A stretch of 64,000 nucleotides of DNA. Origin: an uncultured delta proteobacterium (GTDB lineage Bacteria > Desulfobacterota > Binatia > UBA9968). Both the position numbers and the translations under genes were made by a program. The notes beneath the pieces are model-generated. The model ran no database searches. It worked only from the letters and a program-made list of their open reading frames with translations, and was not told the DNA's origin. The stretch is taken from positions 1,792,001 to 1,856,000 of the forward strand of contig CAVUVW010000013.1 of the NCBI GenBank assembly GCA_963745035.1, written 5' to 3'. Position 1 is the stretch's first letter. Every line of letters begins with the position of its first letter. Shown piece by piece: positions 30,861 to 52,162 of this stretch.

Positions 30861-32953
30861 ACAGATTCATCCGACTTGCCGTCCAACTTGGCGATGATTC
30901 CTTCGGCAACCGCGGCCGGGACCGGCTCATAGTGAGAAAACTGCATCGTGTACGTGGCGCGGCCCTGGGTCATCGAACGCAGGTCGGTGGCGTAACCGAA
31001 CATCTGCGCCAACGGCACGCGCGCGTCGATCGCCTGCGCCGCAGGCCGCGTGTCCATGCCCAATACTTTGCCGCGCCGCGAACTAATATCACCGATCACG
31101 TCGCCCATAAAGTCCTCGGGGACCACGACCTCCACCGACATGATGGGCTCGAGCAGCACCGGACTGGCCTTGCGCGTAGCTTCCTTAAAAGCCATCGATC
31201 CGGCGATCTTGAAGGCGATTTCCGACGAATCGACGTCATGATAGCTGCCGTCGAAGAGCGTGACTTTGACGTCGACGACCGGATAGCCTGCGAGCGCGCC
31301 GGTTTCGGTCGCCTCTTTGATGCCTTTTTCGACGGCGGGAATGTATTCCCGCGGAATCGACCCGCCTTTGACAGCATCGACGAACTCGAATCCCGCGCCG
31401 GGCTGCTGCGGCTCGAGCTTGATCCAAACGTCGCCGTACTGGCCGCGACCGCCGGTCTGGCGCACGAAGCGGCCCTGCTGTTCGACGCTCCTGCGAACCG
31501 TTTCCTTATAGGCGACCTGGGGCCTGCCGACGTTGGCGCCAACATTGAACTCGCGGAGCAAGCGGTCGACGATGATCTCCAGGTGCAGCTCCCCCATGCC
31601 GGAGATGATCGTTTGGCCGGTTTCCTCATCCGTGCGGACTTTGAACGACGGATCCTCGGTGGCGAGCTTTTGCAGCGACAAGCCGAGCTTTTCTTGATCT
31701 GCCTTGCTCTTGGGCTCGATTGCGATGGAGATGACCGGATCGGGAAAGTCGATGGATTCCAGCACCACCGGCTTATCTTCGTCGCACAACGTATCGCCGG
31801 TGGTTGCGGTTTTGAGGCCGACGGCGGCGGCGATGTCGCCGGCGTAGACTTCCTTGATCTCCTCGCGCTTGTTCGCGTGCATCTTGAGCAGGCGGCCCAC
31901 TCGCTCACGCTTGCTGCGCGTCGAGTTGTAGACGGCGGCGCCGGAATTGATCGAGCCGGAGTACACGCGGAAAAACGTCAACGTGCCAACATACGGGTCG
32001 GTCATGATTTTGAAGGCAAGGGCCGAAAACGGCGCGTCGTCCTTCGCCGGTCGCTCCGCCGGCACGGTCTTACCGGGCTCCACGCCCTTGACCGGAGGAA
32101 TATCGAGCGGCGAAGGCAGATAGTCGACGACCGCATCGAGCATCGGCTGCACTCCCTTGTTGCGAAACGCCGACCCGCACACTACTGGCACGATCTTGAG
32201 CGACAAGGTGCCGTGGCGAATGGCTTGGCGCAGCTCCGCCTCGGCGATCTCCTTTCCCTCGAGATATTTTTCCATGATCGCTTCGTCGCTGTCGGCCGCC
32301 GCCTCGATGACCTTTTCGCGGTACTCCTCGGCCTGGGCCTTGAGGTCTGCGGGAATCGGCTCCACGTGGAATTTTGCGCCAAGGCTTTCGTCTTCCCAGA
32401 CGATCGCCTTCATGGCGATCAAATCGACGACACCGACAAACTTGTCCTCGGCGCCGATCGGTAGCTGCACCACGACTGGACGGGCGCCCAGCCGGTCTTC
32501 GACCATCTTGACGACGCGAAAAAAGTCCGCCCCCAGTCGGTCCATTTTGTTGACGAACGCCAAGCGGGGCACGCCGTACTTGTCGGCCTGACGCCAGACG
32601 GTTTCGGTCTGCGGCTCGACGCCGCCGACTGAGCAGAATACCGCCACGGCGCCGTCGAGCACGCGCAGCGAGCGTTCGACCTCAATGGTGAAATCGACGT
32701 GGCCTGGCGTATCGATGATGTTCACGCGGTGATCGCGCCAGAAGCAGGTGGTCGCCGCCGAGGTGATCGTGATGCCGCGCTCCTGCTCCTGGACCATCCA
32801 GTCCATCGTGGCGGTGCCTTCATGCACCTCGCCAAGCTTGTAGTTGATCCCGGTGTAGTAAAGGATGCGCTCCGTGGTCGTAGTTTTGCCCGCGTCGATG
32901 TGCGCCATGATCCCGATGTTGCGGGTCTTCTCAAGTGGAACGGTTCGTGCCAT
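30857..32953 (-). CDS. fusA: Elongation factor G
   Basis: [22 protein letters not shown]. Confidence 0.99.
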   Translation of the reverse strand: MARTVPLEKTRNIGIMAHIDAGKTTTTERILYYTGINYKLGEVHEGTATMDWMVQEQERGITITSAATTCFWRDHRVNIIDTPGHVDFTIEVERSLRVLDGAVAVFCSVGGVEPQTETVWRQADKYGVPRLAFVNKMDRLGADFFRVVKMVEDRLGARPVVVQLPIGAEDKFVGVVDLIAMKAIVWEDESLGAKFHVEPIPADLKAQAEEYREKVIEAAADSDEAIMEKYLEGKEIAEAELRQAIRHGTLSLKIVPVVCGSAFRNKGVQPMLDAVVDYLPSPLDIPPVKGVEPGKTVPAERPAKDDAPFSALAFKIMTDPYVGTLTFFRVYSGSINSGAAVYNSTRSKRERVGRLLKMHANKREEIKEVYAGDIAAAVGLKTATTGDTLCDEDKPVVLESIDFPDPVISIAIEPKSKADQEKLGLSLQKLATEDPSFKVRTDEETGQTIISGMGELHLEIIVDRLLREFNVGANVGRPQVAYKETVRRSVEQQGRFVRQTGGRGQYGDVWIKLEPQQPGAGFEFVDAVKGGSIPREYIPAVEKGIKEATETGALAGYPVVDVKVTLFDGSYHDVDSSEIAFKIAGSMAFKEATRKASPVLLEPIMSVEVVVPEDFMGDVIGDISSRRGKVLGMDTRPAAQAIDARVPLAQMFGYATDLRSMTQGRATYTMQFSHYEPVPAAVAEGIIAKLDGKSDESV

Positions 32954-32967
32954 TGCTCTTCGCCCGG

Positions 32968-32999
32968 AAAAAAAAGAGGCGGTTCAACCGCCTCCTTTT
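32968..32999 (-). terminator. Terminator-like hairpin between rpsG and fusA
   Basis: Minus strand GAGGCGG-TTGAA-CCGCCTC followed by T8. Confidence 0.65.
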
Positions 33000-33021
33000 A
33001 CCAGCATGTTTCTTCGGCCAA

Positions 33022-33869
<848 letters not shown>

Positions 33870-33965
33870 AACTTCCCGTTCGCTGTTGGATTTTGGGAGT
33901 CCGTCGATCGAACTCCCATAGAGAAATCCTGTTACTAACAAAATAACTCATCGATGTCAAAGCGA

Positions 33966-38093
<4,128 letters not shown>

Positions 38094-38139
38094 AAAATGC
38101 ACCACCTCCGATTTGAGCGCACAGCCCGACCGAGTTGGT

Positions 38140-42243
<4,104 letters not shown>

Positions 42244-42310
42244 GCGCACTCCTTGTCGAACTTTCGGTCAACGATCCAGCAGAGAGATACTTGTCCCGCG
42301 GCCGGACGAC

Positions 42311-42688
42311 CTACTTGACCTCGACTTTCGCGCCCTGCTCCTCAAGTTTCTTCTTGATGGTCTCGGCTTCGGCCTTGGCGACGCCTTCTTTGACCGGCTT
42401 TGGCGCGCCATCGACCAGATCCTTGGCCTCTTTCAGGCCGAGCCCGGTAAGCTCGCGCACGACTTTGATCACCTGGATCTTTTTCTCGCCCGCCTCGGCG
42501 AGAATGACGTTGAACTCGGTCTTTTCTTCGACCGCCGCCGCCGGCCCCGCCGCTGCGGCGGCCACCGCAACCGGCGCCGCCGCGCTGACCCCGAGCTCTT
42601 CTTCAAGCTCCTTCACCAGGGCCGCCGCGTCCATCAAGGTCATGTTTTTAATAAAATCCTTAACTTGCTCTCTCGATACGCCTTCCAT
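42311..42688 (-). CDS. rplL: 50S ribosomal protein L7/L12
   Basis: [14 protein letters not shown]. Confidence 0.98.
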   Translation of the reverse strand: MEGVSREQVKDFIKNMTLMDAAALVKELEEELGVSAAAPVAVAAAAAGPAAAVEEKTEFNVILAEAGEKKIQVIKVVRELTGLGLKEAKDLVDGAPKPVKEGVAKAEAETIKKKLEEQGAKVEVK

Positions 42689-42727
42689 AAATCCCCCCTT
42701 GTAGTTTTTGCTTGAGAAATGTTTCGG

Positions 42728-43270
42728 TTACTCACCTTTTGCCTTGCGCAACGATTCGATGAGCCGCACCACGCGCGCGCCGGGCTCTTGAATGAGCCGG
42801 ACCAACTGAGTCGCCGGCGCATTGATCGTCGCCAGCAATTTGGCCTGGAGCTCGGGCTTGCTCGGCATCTGCGACAGGATTTTGACTCCGGCCGTATCCA
42901 TGAACTTGCCCTCGAACACGCCGCCCTTGATCCTGAGCCTGTCGTGGTCATCGGCGAACTTGATCACGGCCTTGGACAACATCACCGGATCGTCGTACCC
43001 AAACACCCAACCATTGGGCCCTTCGAGCAATTTATCAAGGTCGCCGAAGACCGTTCCTTGGAGGGCGCGGCGCACCAGGGTATTTTTAATGACTTGGTAC
43101 TCGCCCGACGCCTCGCGGATCTCGCGCCGCAACCGAGTGATTTGCGCCACGCTGAGCCCCCGGTATTCCGTGACGATCGCCAGCTTGGCGGATTTTAAAC
43201 GCTGATGTACCGCGGCTACCGTTTCGGCTTTTTCGCCGTAGCTGGCACGGACAACTTCCACTTCCGACAT
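42728..43270 (-). CDS. rplJ: 50S ribosomal protein L10
   Basis: EYRGLSV, VIKNTL. Confidence 0.96.
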   Translation of the reverse strand: MSEVEVVRASYGEKAETVAAVHQRLKSAKLAIVTEYRGLSVAQITRLRREIREASGEYQVIKNTLVRRALQGTVFGDLDKLLEGPNGWVFGYDDPVMLSKAVIKFADDHDRLRIKGGVFEGKFMDTAGVKILSQMPSKPELQAKLLATINAPATQLVRLIQEPGARVVRLIESLRKAKGE

Positions 43271-43323
43271 TCCATTCTCCCGAACGCCTGGTTGGCGTAG
43301 CGAATCCTTGAATCTTGCCTCGA

Positions 43324-44022
43324 CTAGGCGGCCATGGCTCTGACCTGAGTCAAGTCGATCTTGATGCCCGGCCCCATGGTCGTGGTCACCGTCACGCCCT
43401 TGACATAGTTACCCTTGGCGGAGGCAGGTTTTGCGCGCAAAACGGACAAGAGCACGGCGCGGGCGTTTTCAATCAACTGCTCGGGCCCAAACGAGGCCTT
43501 GCCGAGCGGCACATGAACGATGCCGGCCTTGTCGACCCGAAACTCCAGCTTCCCGGCTTTGATTTCCTTCACCGCTTTGCCGATGTCCATGCTCACCGTG
43601 CCGGTCTTGGGGTTGGGCATGAGCCCGCGCGGACCGAGAACCTTGCCGATCCGGCCAACCGCCGCCATCATGTCCGGCGTGGCCACCGCCTTATCGAACT
43701 CCAGCCAGCCTTCGCTAATCTTCTTGATCAAATCGTCGCTGCCCACGAAATCGGCGCCCGCATCCTGCGCTTCCTTCTCTTTCTCGCCCTTGGCGAACGC
43801 AAGAACGCGCACAGCCTTGCCCATTCCGTGGGGCAGGGTCACCGTGCCGCGAATATTCTGGTCTGCTTGACGTGGATCGACGCCCAGACGAATCGACATC
43901 TCTACGGTCTCGTCGAACTTGGCCCGCGCGGTTTCTTTGGCGAGACGCAGGCTGTCTTCCAACAAATAGCGCTGATTCCGATCGACTTTGGCGAGCGCAC
44001 TTCGATAGCTTTTTCCACTCAT
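43324..44022 (-). CDS. rplA: 50S ribosomal protein L1
   Basis: [14 protein letters not shown]. Confidence 0.98.
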   Translation of the reverse strand: MSGKSYRSALAKVDRNQRYLLEDSLRLAKETARAKFDETVEMSIRLGVDPRQADQNIRGTVTLPHGMGKAVRVLAFAKGEKEKEAQDAGADFVGSDDLIKKISEGWLEFDKAVATPDMMAAVGRIGKVLGPRGLMPNPKTGTVSMDIGKAVKEIKAGKLEFRVDKAGIVHVPLGKASFGPEQLIENARAVLLSVLRAKPASAKGNYVKGVTVTTTMGPGIKIDLTQVRAMAA

Positions 44023-44072
44023 GGCCTATCCTCTTTTGAACTGGGCAAAATTTCAGCCGATGCAATCGGACT

Positions 44073-44498
44073 CTAGCCTTCGACTTCCAAGCCCAGACTG
44101 CGGGCGGTGCCTTCAACGGACTTCTCCGCCGCCGCAAGATCCTTGGCGGTCAAATCCTTGAATTTCAGCTCCGCGATTTGGCGCACCTGAGCGCGCGTGA
44201 CTTTGCCGGCCTTGGTCTTGCCCGGATCCGACGAACCTTTCTCAAGGCCGGCGGCCTTTTTCAGCAGCACGGAGGCCGGCGGCGTCTTTGTGATAAAGGT
44301 AAACGACCGATCGGCATAGACCGTAATGATCACCGGCGTGATCATTCCCTGCTGCGCCTGCGTGGCGGCGTTGAACGTCTTGCAAAACTCCATAATGTTG
44401 ACGCCGCGCTGGCCGAGCGCCGGGCCGACCGGCGGGCTCGGATTGGCCTGGCCAGCAGGTATTTGCAGCTTGATTTCGCCGATGACTTTCTTGGCCAT
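44073..44498 (-). CDS. rplK: 50S ribosomal protein L11
   Basis: [12 protein letters not shown]. Confidence 0.98.
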   Translation of the reverse strand: MAKKVIGEIKLQIPAGQANPSPPVGPALGQRGVNIMEFCKTFNAATQAQQGMITPVIITVYADRSFTFITKTPPASVLLKKAAGLEKGSSDPGKTKAGKVTRAQVRQIAELKFKDLTAKDLAAAEKSVEGTARSLGLEVEG

Positions 44499-44516
44499 TG
44501 CTTTCTGATCCTCGGT

Positions 44517-45047
44517 TTAGTTTCGCTCCACTTGCACGAACTCGAGTTCCACCGGAGTCGCCCGCCCAAAGATGCTGATCAAAACCCTGAGCTTTCCCTT
44601 GTCCGGCTTGACCTCTTCGACCACACCATTGAAGTCGGCGAACGGACCGTCGACCACCTTGACGTTCTCCCCGACGGAAAACAGCACGCGCGGTTTGGGC
44701 TTGATCGCGCCTTCTTCCATTTGCTGGGTGATCGCCCGGACTTCTTCATCGCTGACCGACGGCGGATTGGTGCTCCCGCCGACAAATCCGGTGATCTTGG
44801 GGGTCTCTTTGACCACGTGCCAAGTGTCGTCACTCAACTCCATTTGCACCAGAATGTAGCCGGGAAAAAATTTCCTCGAAGAAGTCTTCTTTTTACCCTT
44901 GACCAACTCGACGACTTTTTCCACCGGCACGAGAATCTCGCCGAAGAGATCTTGCTTGCCAAGCGCTTTGATTCGCTCTTCGAGCGCCGCTTTGGCCTTC
45001 TGTTCATAGCCCGAGAAGGTGTGAACGATGTACCACTGTTTCGCCAT
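44517..45047 (-). CDS. nusG: Transcription factor NusG
   Basis: FFPGYILV, IFGRATPVEL. Confidence 0.98.
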   Translation of the reverse strand: MAKQWYIVHTFSGYEQKAKAALEERIKALGKQDLFGEILVPVEKVVELVKGKKKTSSRKFFPGYILVQMELSDDTWHVVKETPKITGFVGGSTNPPSVSDEEVRAITQQMEEGAIKPKPRVLFSVGENVKVVDGPFADFNGVVEEVKPDKGKLRVLISIFGRATPVELEFVQVERN

Positions 45048-45062
45048 AGGGGAGACCTTCGA

Positions 45063-45275
45063 TCACCCAATGATGGCCTGAACGGCTTTGGTTAAAGCCA
45101 GATCGACCACAGCCAGATAAGCCGAGATCAGCAGAACGACGATGATCACAACCATGGTAGCCGCGTAGGTTTCCTTACGCGCGGGCCAATGAACTTTCTT
45201 GAGCTCCTGCCAGGCCTCTTGGACGAAGTCGGTGCCATGCCGCACCGCGTCTTGGAGCTTTTGAATCCAATCCAT
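45063..45275 (-). CDS. secE: Preprotein translocase SecE
   Basis: ELKKVHWP followed by a TM helix. Confidence 0.95.
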   Translation of the reverse strand: MDWIQKLQDAVRHGTDFVQEAWQELKKVHWPARKETYAATMVVIIVVLLISAYLAVVDLALTKAVQAIIG

Positions 45276-45298
45276 GAAAACACCAGATCGCAGTAAGC

Positions 45299-45375
45299 TG
45301 GCGGGTCAGGCAGGACTCGAACCTGCAACAACCGGATTTGGAGTCCGGCGCTCTACCAATTGGAGCTACTGACCC
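45299..45375 (-). tRNA. tRNA-Trp(CCA)
   Basis: Cloverleaf; anticodon arm CCGGA-CTCCAAA-TCCGG; encoded CCA. Confidence 0.95.
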
Positions 45376-45389
45376 CCTGTATCCTTAAG

Positions 45390-45542
45390 TTAGACTTTTA
45401 CCTCACGATGCAGGGTGTGCGTCCGACACGACGAACAAAACTTTTTGAGAGCCAGTTTTTCCGTGGTTGTCTTTCGGTTTTTGCTCGAGGTGTAGTTCTT
45501 CCGCTTACATTTGTCACAAGCGAATCCGACGAGTTCTCGCAT
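45390..45542 (-). CDS. rpmG: 50S ribosomal protein L33 (zinc-binding form; not in ORF track)
   Basis: MRELVGFACDKCKRKNY...KKFCSSCRTHTLHREVKV* translated by hand. Confidence 0.95.
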   Translation of the reverse strand: MRELVGFACDKCKRKNYTSSKNRKTTTEKLALKKFCSSCRTHTLHREVKV

Positions 45543-45567
45543 AACTCCGCCTTTCTGCCGAGGTCGC

Positions 45568-46758
<1,191 letters not shown>

Positions 46759-46841
46759 CTCATCCTCCTATGATTTGCCGATCAATTCTTCACCTTCTTC
46801 ACGCTGTAAAATTCCGCGCCTGCCGCGTCGAATTGGGCCAA

Positions 46842-46914
46842 AGCCCAGGAGCGGGATCGAACCGCCGACCTCGTCCTTACCAAGGACGTGCTCTACCGAC
46901 TGAGCTACCTGGGC
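46842..46914 (-). tRNA. tRNA-Thr(GGT), CCA not encoded
   Basis: Cloverleaf, anticodon GGT. Confidence 0.95.
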
Positions 46915-47009
46915 ATAGCAGTCGACGGCATAGCAAGCGGCTCACTTTGCCGTCCGCAACGGCGAATTGGAATTCCCGATAGCTATCATCCGTCGGCCTT
47001 ACGCAAAAT

Positions 47010-47085
47010 TGGAGCGGGAAACGGGACTCGAACCCGCGACCCCAAGCTTGGAAGGCTTGCGCTCTACCAACTGAGCTATTCCCGC
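47010..47085 (-). tRNA. tRNA-Gly(TCC)
   Basis: Cloverleaf, anticodon TCC. Confidence 0.95.
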
Positions 47086-47094
47086 AATCGAAAA

Positions 47095-47179
<85 letters not shown>

Positions 47180-47254
47180 TTGTTTCCCTTCACCCCATTT
47201 AAATAAATAAAAAACTGATTCGAGTAGAGTATGACGATTCAGAACCCTGCTGGC

Positions 47255-47329
47255 TGGAGCTGGCGATAGGACTTGAACCTACAACCTGCTGATTACAAAT
47301 CAGCTGCTCTGCCGTTGAGCTACGCCAGC
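47255..47329 (-). tRNA. tRNA-Thr(TGT)
   Basis: Cloverleaf, anticodon TGT. Confidence 0.95.
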
Positions 47330-47501
47330 CTTCAGACCCGGGCGTCATTTGCGCGCGCCGGCGCCACCACTTAAATTCACCTATAAGATCAACAGCTTGA
47401 GTAAGAACCACGCAAGGTCACGTGCCACGTTTCATAAACCTCACTGTGGCGGTTGGACGCACCTAGCCCCGGATACGCCGATTCTCTATTTGTAAACGGG
47501 T

Positions 47502-47531
47502 ATTTAAAGCATCTCCAGGATTTCTTGTCAA
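47502..47531 (-). promoter_or_regulatory. Possible sigma70 promoter for the tRNA-tuf operon
   Basis: TTGACA followed 17-18 nt later by an AT-rich TTTAAAT. Confidence 0.4.
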
Positions 47532-47586
47532 CAGCTTAACCCTAGCTGCTGGAGAGTTTTGTAAAATTCCACAAATTGCGCTGCTC

Positions 47587-48366
47587 TTAGCTCTGCGGCA
47601 AAGGGCGACCGCCCCCGCCGATTCGCGCTTGGCGCACCAGCTCGTAGAGGAATACCGCTCCCGCAACGGAAACATTGAGGGAGGAAACTGCGCCAAGCAT
47701 GGGAATGGATACCGCAAAGTCGCATTCCCGCAGATTGATAGAGCGCACGCCCCTTCCCTCGCTACCGACGAGTATGCCCAGCCTGGCGGGGAAATTTCTC
47801 TCATATATCGTTTCTGGGCTGTCCGCATCCAGGCCGACAATCCAGAAATTATGTTCTTTCAGGTCCACGATCGCGCGGCGCAGATTGGTCACTTTTACGA
47901 TATTGACATGATGCGTCGCTCCCGCAGCCGCCTTTACCGCGATCGGACCTACATCTGCCGAGCGATCCTTGGGAATCACGATATAGCGAACGCCCGCGGC
48001 ATCCGCAGTCCGGATGAGCGCGCCGAAGTTTCGCGGATCGGTCAAACCGTCCAGGATCAGAATGCGCTCTGAGATCGCGGGGGCGGCGATTCGCTCGATC
48101 ATGCCCGAGAATGGAAAATAGTGATATGCCCTGACCCGCGCCACGACCCCTTGGTGGCGGCGCCCCCCCACCAGTTTGTCGAGCACCTTAGGATTCACGC
48201 CAACCAGTCGAACATTTCGTCGTTGCGCTTCCTGACGAACCAATCGCAGCGCCGCGCGGTCCGAAACTTCGGAAAGCAAGACCTCCGCAACGTCTTGGGA
48301 GGTCGCCTTGAGGGCTTCGAGAACCGGGTTGACGCCAAAAATCAAGTCTCGATTATCTTTTGTCAT
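47587..48366 (-). CDS. rlmB: 23S rRNA (guanosine-2'-O)-methyltransferase RlmB (SpoU family)
   Basis: HQGVVA, DPRNFGALIRTA, GSEGRG, SLNVSVA. Confidence 0.92.
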   Translation of the reverse strand: MTKDNRDLIFGVNPVLEALKATSQDVAEVLLSEVSDRAALRLVRQEAQRRNVRLVGVNPKVLDKLVGGRRHQGVVARVRAYHYFPFSGMIERIAAPAISERILILDGLTDPRNFGALIRTADAAGVRYIVIPKDRSADVGPIAVKAAAGATHHVNIVKVTNLRRAIVDLKEHNFWIVGLDADSPETIYERNFPARLGILVGSEGRGVRSINLRECDFAVSIPMLGAVSSLNVSVAGAVFLYELVRQARIGGGGRPLPQS

Positions 48367-48436
48367 CGACGCGGCAATCTGTTTCTATCTTCAAGGATTT
48401 TACATCGACTTACACAACGGTTAACATAACTGCACC

Positions 48437-49636
48437 GTGAAGCGACGCATCCTTTTTCGTTATCTTGTTGCCGAGATTCTGCCGCCCTTTTTTGTCGGTC
48501 TTCTGGCGTTCACGTTTATCTTGCTGGTCGGCCGCATGGTGAAGCTTATCGAGTTGGTCGTGACTCGTGGCGTTCCTTTGCTGCAAATTGGCAAGCTCTT
48601 TTCCTTGATCCTGCCGACGTTTCTCGAAATGACCGTTCCCATGGCTTTCCTGCTCGCGATCCTGCTCGGACTCGGGCGCCTGTCAAACGATCAGGAGATC
48701 CTTGCAATGAAAGCTTCAGGAGTGAGTCCGACCCAGGTTCTCTGGCCCGTCGCGGTGATCGCGCTGATCATCGCCTTGGCAACTCTGGCTTTGACGCTGT
48801 TCGTACGACCAGCGGCGAACTTCGCACTAAAGAAGGAACTTTACAATGTCGCCAAGAGCCGCATCGGCACGGCGCTTAAGGAGAAGGTTTTCAACGATGA
48901 CTTTCCCAGAATATTGATCTATGTAGAGGAAATCATTCCCCCCGGAAATACCGCCCAGGGAGTGTTGATCGTCGATAACCGCGACAAGGCGCGAGAGGAT
49001 ATTATTCTGGGTAAGGTCGCCCGCATCACGACCGATGAGGAAACGAACAGCCTCGGTCTTCGTCTTTTCGACGGGTCCATCTATGAGCGTGAAAAGAGCC
49101 GTCCCGGCTTTAGCCAAACCCGTTTTAATATCTACGATTTCAAGCTCGATCTCGACGAATTGGTCGGTCCGGTTAGGCAGCGAGAATCGGGGCCCAAAGA
49201 GATGCCGCTCTCCGATCTACTGACTTCAATCGACGAAAAGCAGAGCCGGGGCGTCGACGCGATTCCCGAAAGAATGGAGTTGCATCAGCGGATTTCGTTC
49301 GGATTTGTTCCGCTGATCTTTTGCCTGCTCGGAGTCTCCCTGACTCTGCTTCCCCGCGCATCGCGGGCAAATCGATCCTGGGGATTGGTCATATGTGTTG
49401 TGTGGATCATGATCTACTACGCGCTGCTTTCCTTGGGCAAAGCCCTCGGCGACAAAAACATTCTTCACCCGGTGCCAGCGCTGTGGCTGCCAAATCTGGT
49501 CGTGGGCGGTATCGGTTTTCACTTTTTCAAGCAGGCGCTGCGCGAGACGCCGCTGGCTCTTCCGAAACTGTTTGAGAACGCCGCAGGATCGGCCGGACGC
49601 ATGGCGCACATGCTCAAGCTGAGAGCGCGCAACTAA
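48437..49636 (+). CDS. lptF: LPS export ABC transporter permease LptF
   Basis: YjgP/Q architecture; GRLSNDQEILAMKASG, WLPN. Confidence 0.88.
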   Translation: MKRRILFRYLVAEILPPFFVGLLAFTFILLVGRMVKLIELVVTRGVPLLQIGKLFSLILPTFLEMTVPMAFLLAILLGLGRLSNDQEILAMKASGVSPTQVLWPVAVIALIIALATLALTLFVRPAANFALKKELYNVAKSRIGTALKEKVFNDDFPRILIYVEEIIPPGNTAQGVLIVDNRDKAREDIILGKVARITTDEETNSLGLRLFDGSIYEREKSRPGFSQTRFNIYDFKLDLDELVGPVRQRESGPKEMPLSDLLTSIDEKQSRGVDAIPERMELHQRISFGFVPLIFCLLGVSLTLLPRASRANRSWGLVICVVWIMIYYALLSLGKALGDKNILHPVPALWLPNLVVGGIGFHFFKQALRETPLALPKLFENAAGSAGRMAHMLKLRARN

Positions 49637-49644
49637 AAAAGCTC

Positions 49645-50754
49645 GTGGCGAAGAGAATCCAGTTCAAGTTTCTTCCGATTGGCAGCATCCTCGACCGTTA
49701 TTTGGCGGGGGGGTTCCTGCGCATCTTCGCCATCAGTTTGGCCGTCATTACTTCGCTTTACACGACCATCGATTTCTTCGATAGAATCGGCAACTTGCTG
49801 GAGGCCGGCGCAAGCGCGTCGAGCATCGCACGCTATTTTTTCTACAAAGCTCCGCTGCTCATTTCTCGCGTGATCGGATTTGCGGTGCTTTTTTCCACAC
49901 TGTTTTGCCTCGGCGCGCTCGCGCGCGCCCACGAGATTACGGCGCTTCGCTCAAGCGGCATCTCAGTCGAGCGGATTGGTTCGCCGCTGCTGATCCTTGG
50001 AATTCTGATCTGCGCCCTCACCTTCGTGTGGAATGAAACCCTCGTGCCGATCTTTACACGCAACTCACAAAACATCTACAAATCCGAAATCAAAAACCGC
50101 CAGCAAAAAAGCGTTTTGGGCACGCACGACCTTTGGATGCGGGGCGACGCAAGCTTCATCAACGTCGATTATTTCGACGCGCGCAACGCCACCATCGAAG
50201 ATGTCACAATCTTTTTGCTGAACCGCGATTTCAGCCTGCGGGCGCTAGTGGAGGTGCCCAAGGCCCAATGGATCGACAACGCCTGGCGCACCGACCAGGC
50301 CACGGAATGGAGTTTCATGTCGGATGGAAAGACGGTCCAGCAAAAAATCACCACGGCACTGCCGATCGTCGAAACTCCCGACGACCTTAAATTGCTGGCT
50401 CGGGACGCCGAAGAATTTTCTTACTTCGAATTGCAGAGACAGATCAACGATATGAGAAATAAAGGCATCGATACGACGGCCTACGAAGTCGATCTGCAGA
50501 CAAAGCTGGCGCTGCCCTTCGTCGCTCCGTTGATGGTCTTCCTGGCCATCCCCTTCGCGCTCAAGCGACAACTGAGCGGTAGCCTTTCGCTGAGCTTTGG
50601 TATCACGATGATCATCGGCTTTGGCTATTGGGTTCTCGTCGCATTCTGCGTTTCCCTCGGCCACAGCGGAGCTATGCCGTCCTGGATTTCCGCATGGCTG
50701 CCCAACTTCATCTTCGTCCTGATCGCCGCGTTTTTCTTCACCGCGGAAGAATAA
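49645..50754 (+). CDS. lptG: LPS export ABC transporter permease LptG
   Basis: ILDRY, EITALRSSG, AWLPN; follows lptF. Confidence 0.88.
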   Translation: MAKRIQFKFLPIGSILDRYLAGGFLRIFAISLAVITSLYTTIDFFDRIGNLLEAGASASSIARYFFYKAPLLISRVIGFAVLFSTLFCLGALARAHEITALRSSGISVERIGSPLLILGILICALTFVWNETLVPIFTRNSQNIYKSEIKNRQQKSVLGTHDLWMRGDASFINVDYFDARNATIEDVTIFLLNRDFSLRALVEVPKAQWIDNAWRTDQATEWSFMSDGKTVQQKITTALPIVETPDDLKLLARDAEEFSYFELQRQINDMRNKGIDTTAYEVDLQTKLALPFVAPLMVFLAIPFALKRQLSGSLSLSFGITMIIGFGYWVLVAFCVSLGHSGAMPSWISAWLPNFIFVLIAAFFFTAEE

Positions 50755-50903
50755 ACTTACCGGCAGCCGACAAAGCTCCGGCAACATCATCCTGGGAAGC
50801 TCGCGTAGGGTTGACGGCGGCCTAGAAACTGATGAGTCCGACGGGAGCTGCAACGGCTGTTAGATTACCGAGTCCGCCGAGCAGCGAAAGCAATACAGAC
50901 CCT

Positions 50904-51296
50904 CTAACGTTTTGAGTACTGCGGCCGCTTGCGTGCTTTGTGCCGGCCGTATTTCTTCCGTTCGACGGCGCGCGGATCGCGAGTAACGAATCCGGCTTTC
51001 TTGAGAGGCGAGCGAAAATCAGGGTTTACCTGCATCAACGCGCGGGTGATTCCGTGGCGGATGGCGCCAGCCTGGCCGGAGTTTCCACCCCCGGCAACAT
51101 TCACGTCAATATCGAAGCTACTCCCGGTCTGCGTAAGATCAAATGGCTGGAGCACAATCATCCGGGCGGTTTCGCGGCCGAAGTACTCTTGCAATGAGAG
51201 ATTGTTAATGAGGATTTTACCTTTGCCGGGTCTCAAAAAAACCCGCGCCACTGAAGTTTTTCTGCGTCCGGTAGCTGTGAATACTTTGTCCGCCAT
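50904..51296 (-). CDS. rpsI: 30S ribosomal protein S9
   Basis: TGRRK, PQYSKR. Confidence 0.98.
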   Translation of the reverse strand: MADKVFTATGRRKTSVARVFLRPGKGKILINNLSLQEYFGRETARMIVLQPFDLTQTGSSFDIDVNVAGGGNSGQAGAIRHGITRALMQVNPDFRSPLKKAGFVTRDPRAVERKKYGRHKARKRPQYSKR

Positions 51297-51307
51297 TCAT
51301 TCGACTC

Positions 51308-51751
51308 CTACGCTACGATCGCCAGAGGCTGCGGTTTTTGCGCGTCGTGGGGATGCTCCGGGCCCGCGTATACCTTCAGCTTTGTGACCAATTTACGGCT
51401 CAAACGGTTCTTGGGAAGCATGCCCTTCACCGCAATCTTTATTAGCTCTTCCGGTTTTTCTTGCAGCATCTGTGCGGCAGTTCGCTCGCGGATGCCGCCG
51501 GGATACTCTGTATGTCGAAAATATACCTTCTTCTCCAGCTTCGCGCCCGTGAGCTTCACGCCGGCGGCATTGACGACGACAACGAAATCGCCCGCGTCCT
51601 GGTTCGGCGTAAAAATCGGCTTGTGCTTGCCGCGCAAGACTTTGGCGATTTCTGTTGCCATCCGCCCAAGGACCATTCCTTGAGCATCAACAATGTACCA
51701 GCGTCGTTGGGACAAGGCTTCTTCTTTATTCATTGCCGCTCCAAGGCTCAC
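51308..51751 (-). CDS. rplM: 50S ribosomal protein L13
   Basis: [15 protein letters not shown]. Confidence 0.98.
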   Translation of the reverse strand: MSLGAAMNKEEALSQRRWYIVDAQGMVLGRMATEIAKVLRGKHKPIFTPNQDAGDFVVVVNAAGVKLTGAKLEKKVYFRHTEYPGGIRERTAAQMLQEKPEELIKIAVKGMLPKNRLSRKLVTKLKVYAGPEHPHDAQKPQPLAIVA

Positions 51752-51776
51752 GATCTACAAAGAAGCACTTAAAAAA

Positions 51777-51853
<77 letters not shown>

Positions 51854-51878
51854 GATATTATTCTGTTAACGAGACCTC

Positions 51879-51953
51879 TGGTGGGCGGTACAGGATTTGA
51901 ACCTGTGACCCCCGGCTTGTAAGGCCGATGCTCTCCCGCTGAGCTAACCGCCC
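51879..51953 (-). tRNA. tRNA-Val(TAC)
   Basis: Cloverleaf, anticodon TAC. Confidence 0.95.
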
Positions 51954-52100
51954 CCGCTCATCCGCCCAAGCAAAGCCGAGGCGGCCGACCGCTCCCCGAT
52001 CAAAGCGCTGCGCTGCATAGATGTATCAAGCAAGGACAAAAACCTCGTTGCTACCTGAAACCGGTGTTGAAGCGGCAAGCTATGCGGCGGCTGGCACGAT

Positions 52101-52129
52101 TTTATAACAGCAGCGATGCCGGGTGTCAA
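52101..52129 (-). promoter_or_regulatory. Sigma70 promoter for tRNA-Val/Asp-rplM-rpsI
   Basis: TTGACA-N17-TATAAA with an extended TG. Confidence 0.6.
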
Positions 52130-52162
52130 ACCACCCGGCATCCTTCTGTGAATATTTGGGCA

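Noticed and set aside
43271-43323. L10 leader RNA
   Set aside because: The spacer is only 53 nt and I could not match the conserved leader motifs.
45299-45375. tRNA-Sec or UGA-reading tRNA
   Set aside because: Anticodon is CCA, normal length, and in the canonical tRNA-Trp position before secE.
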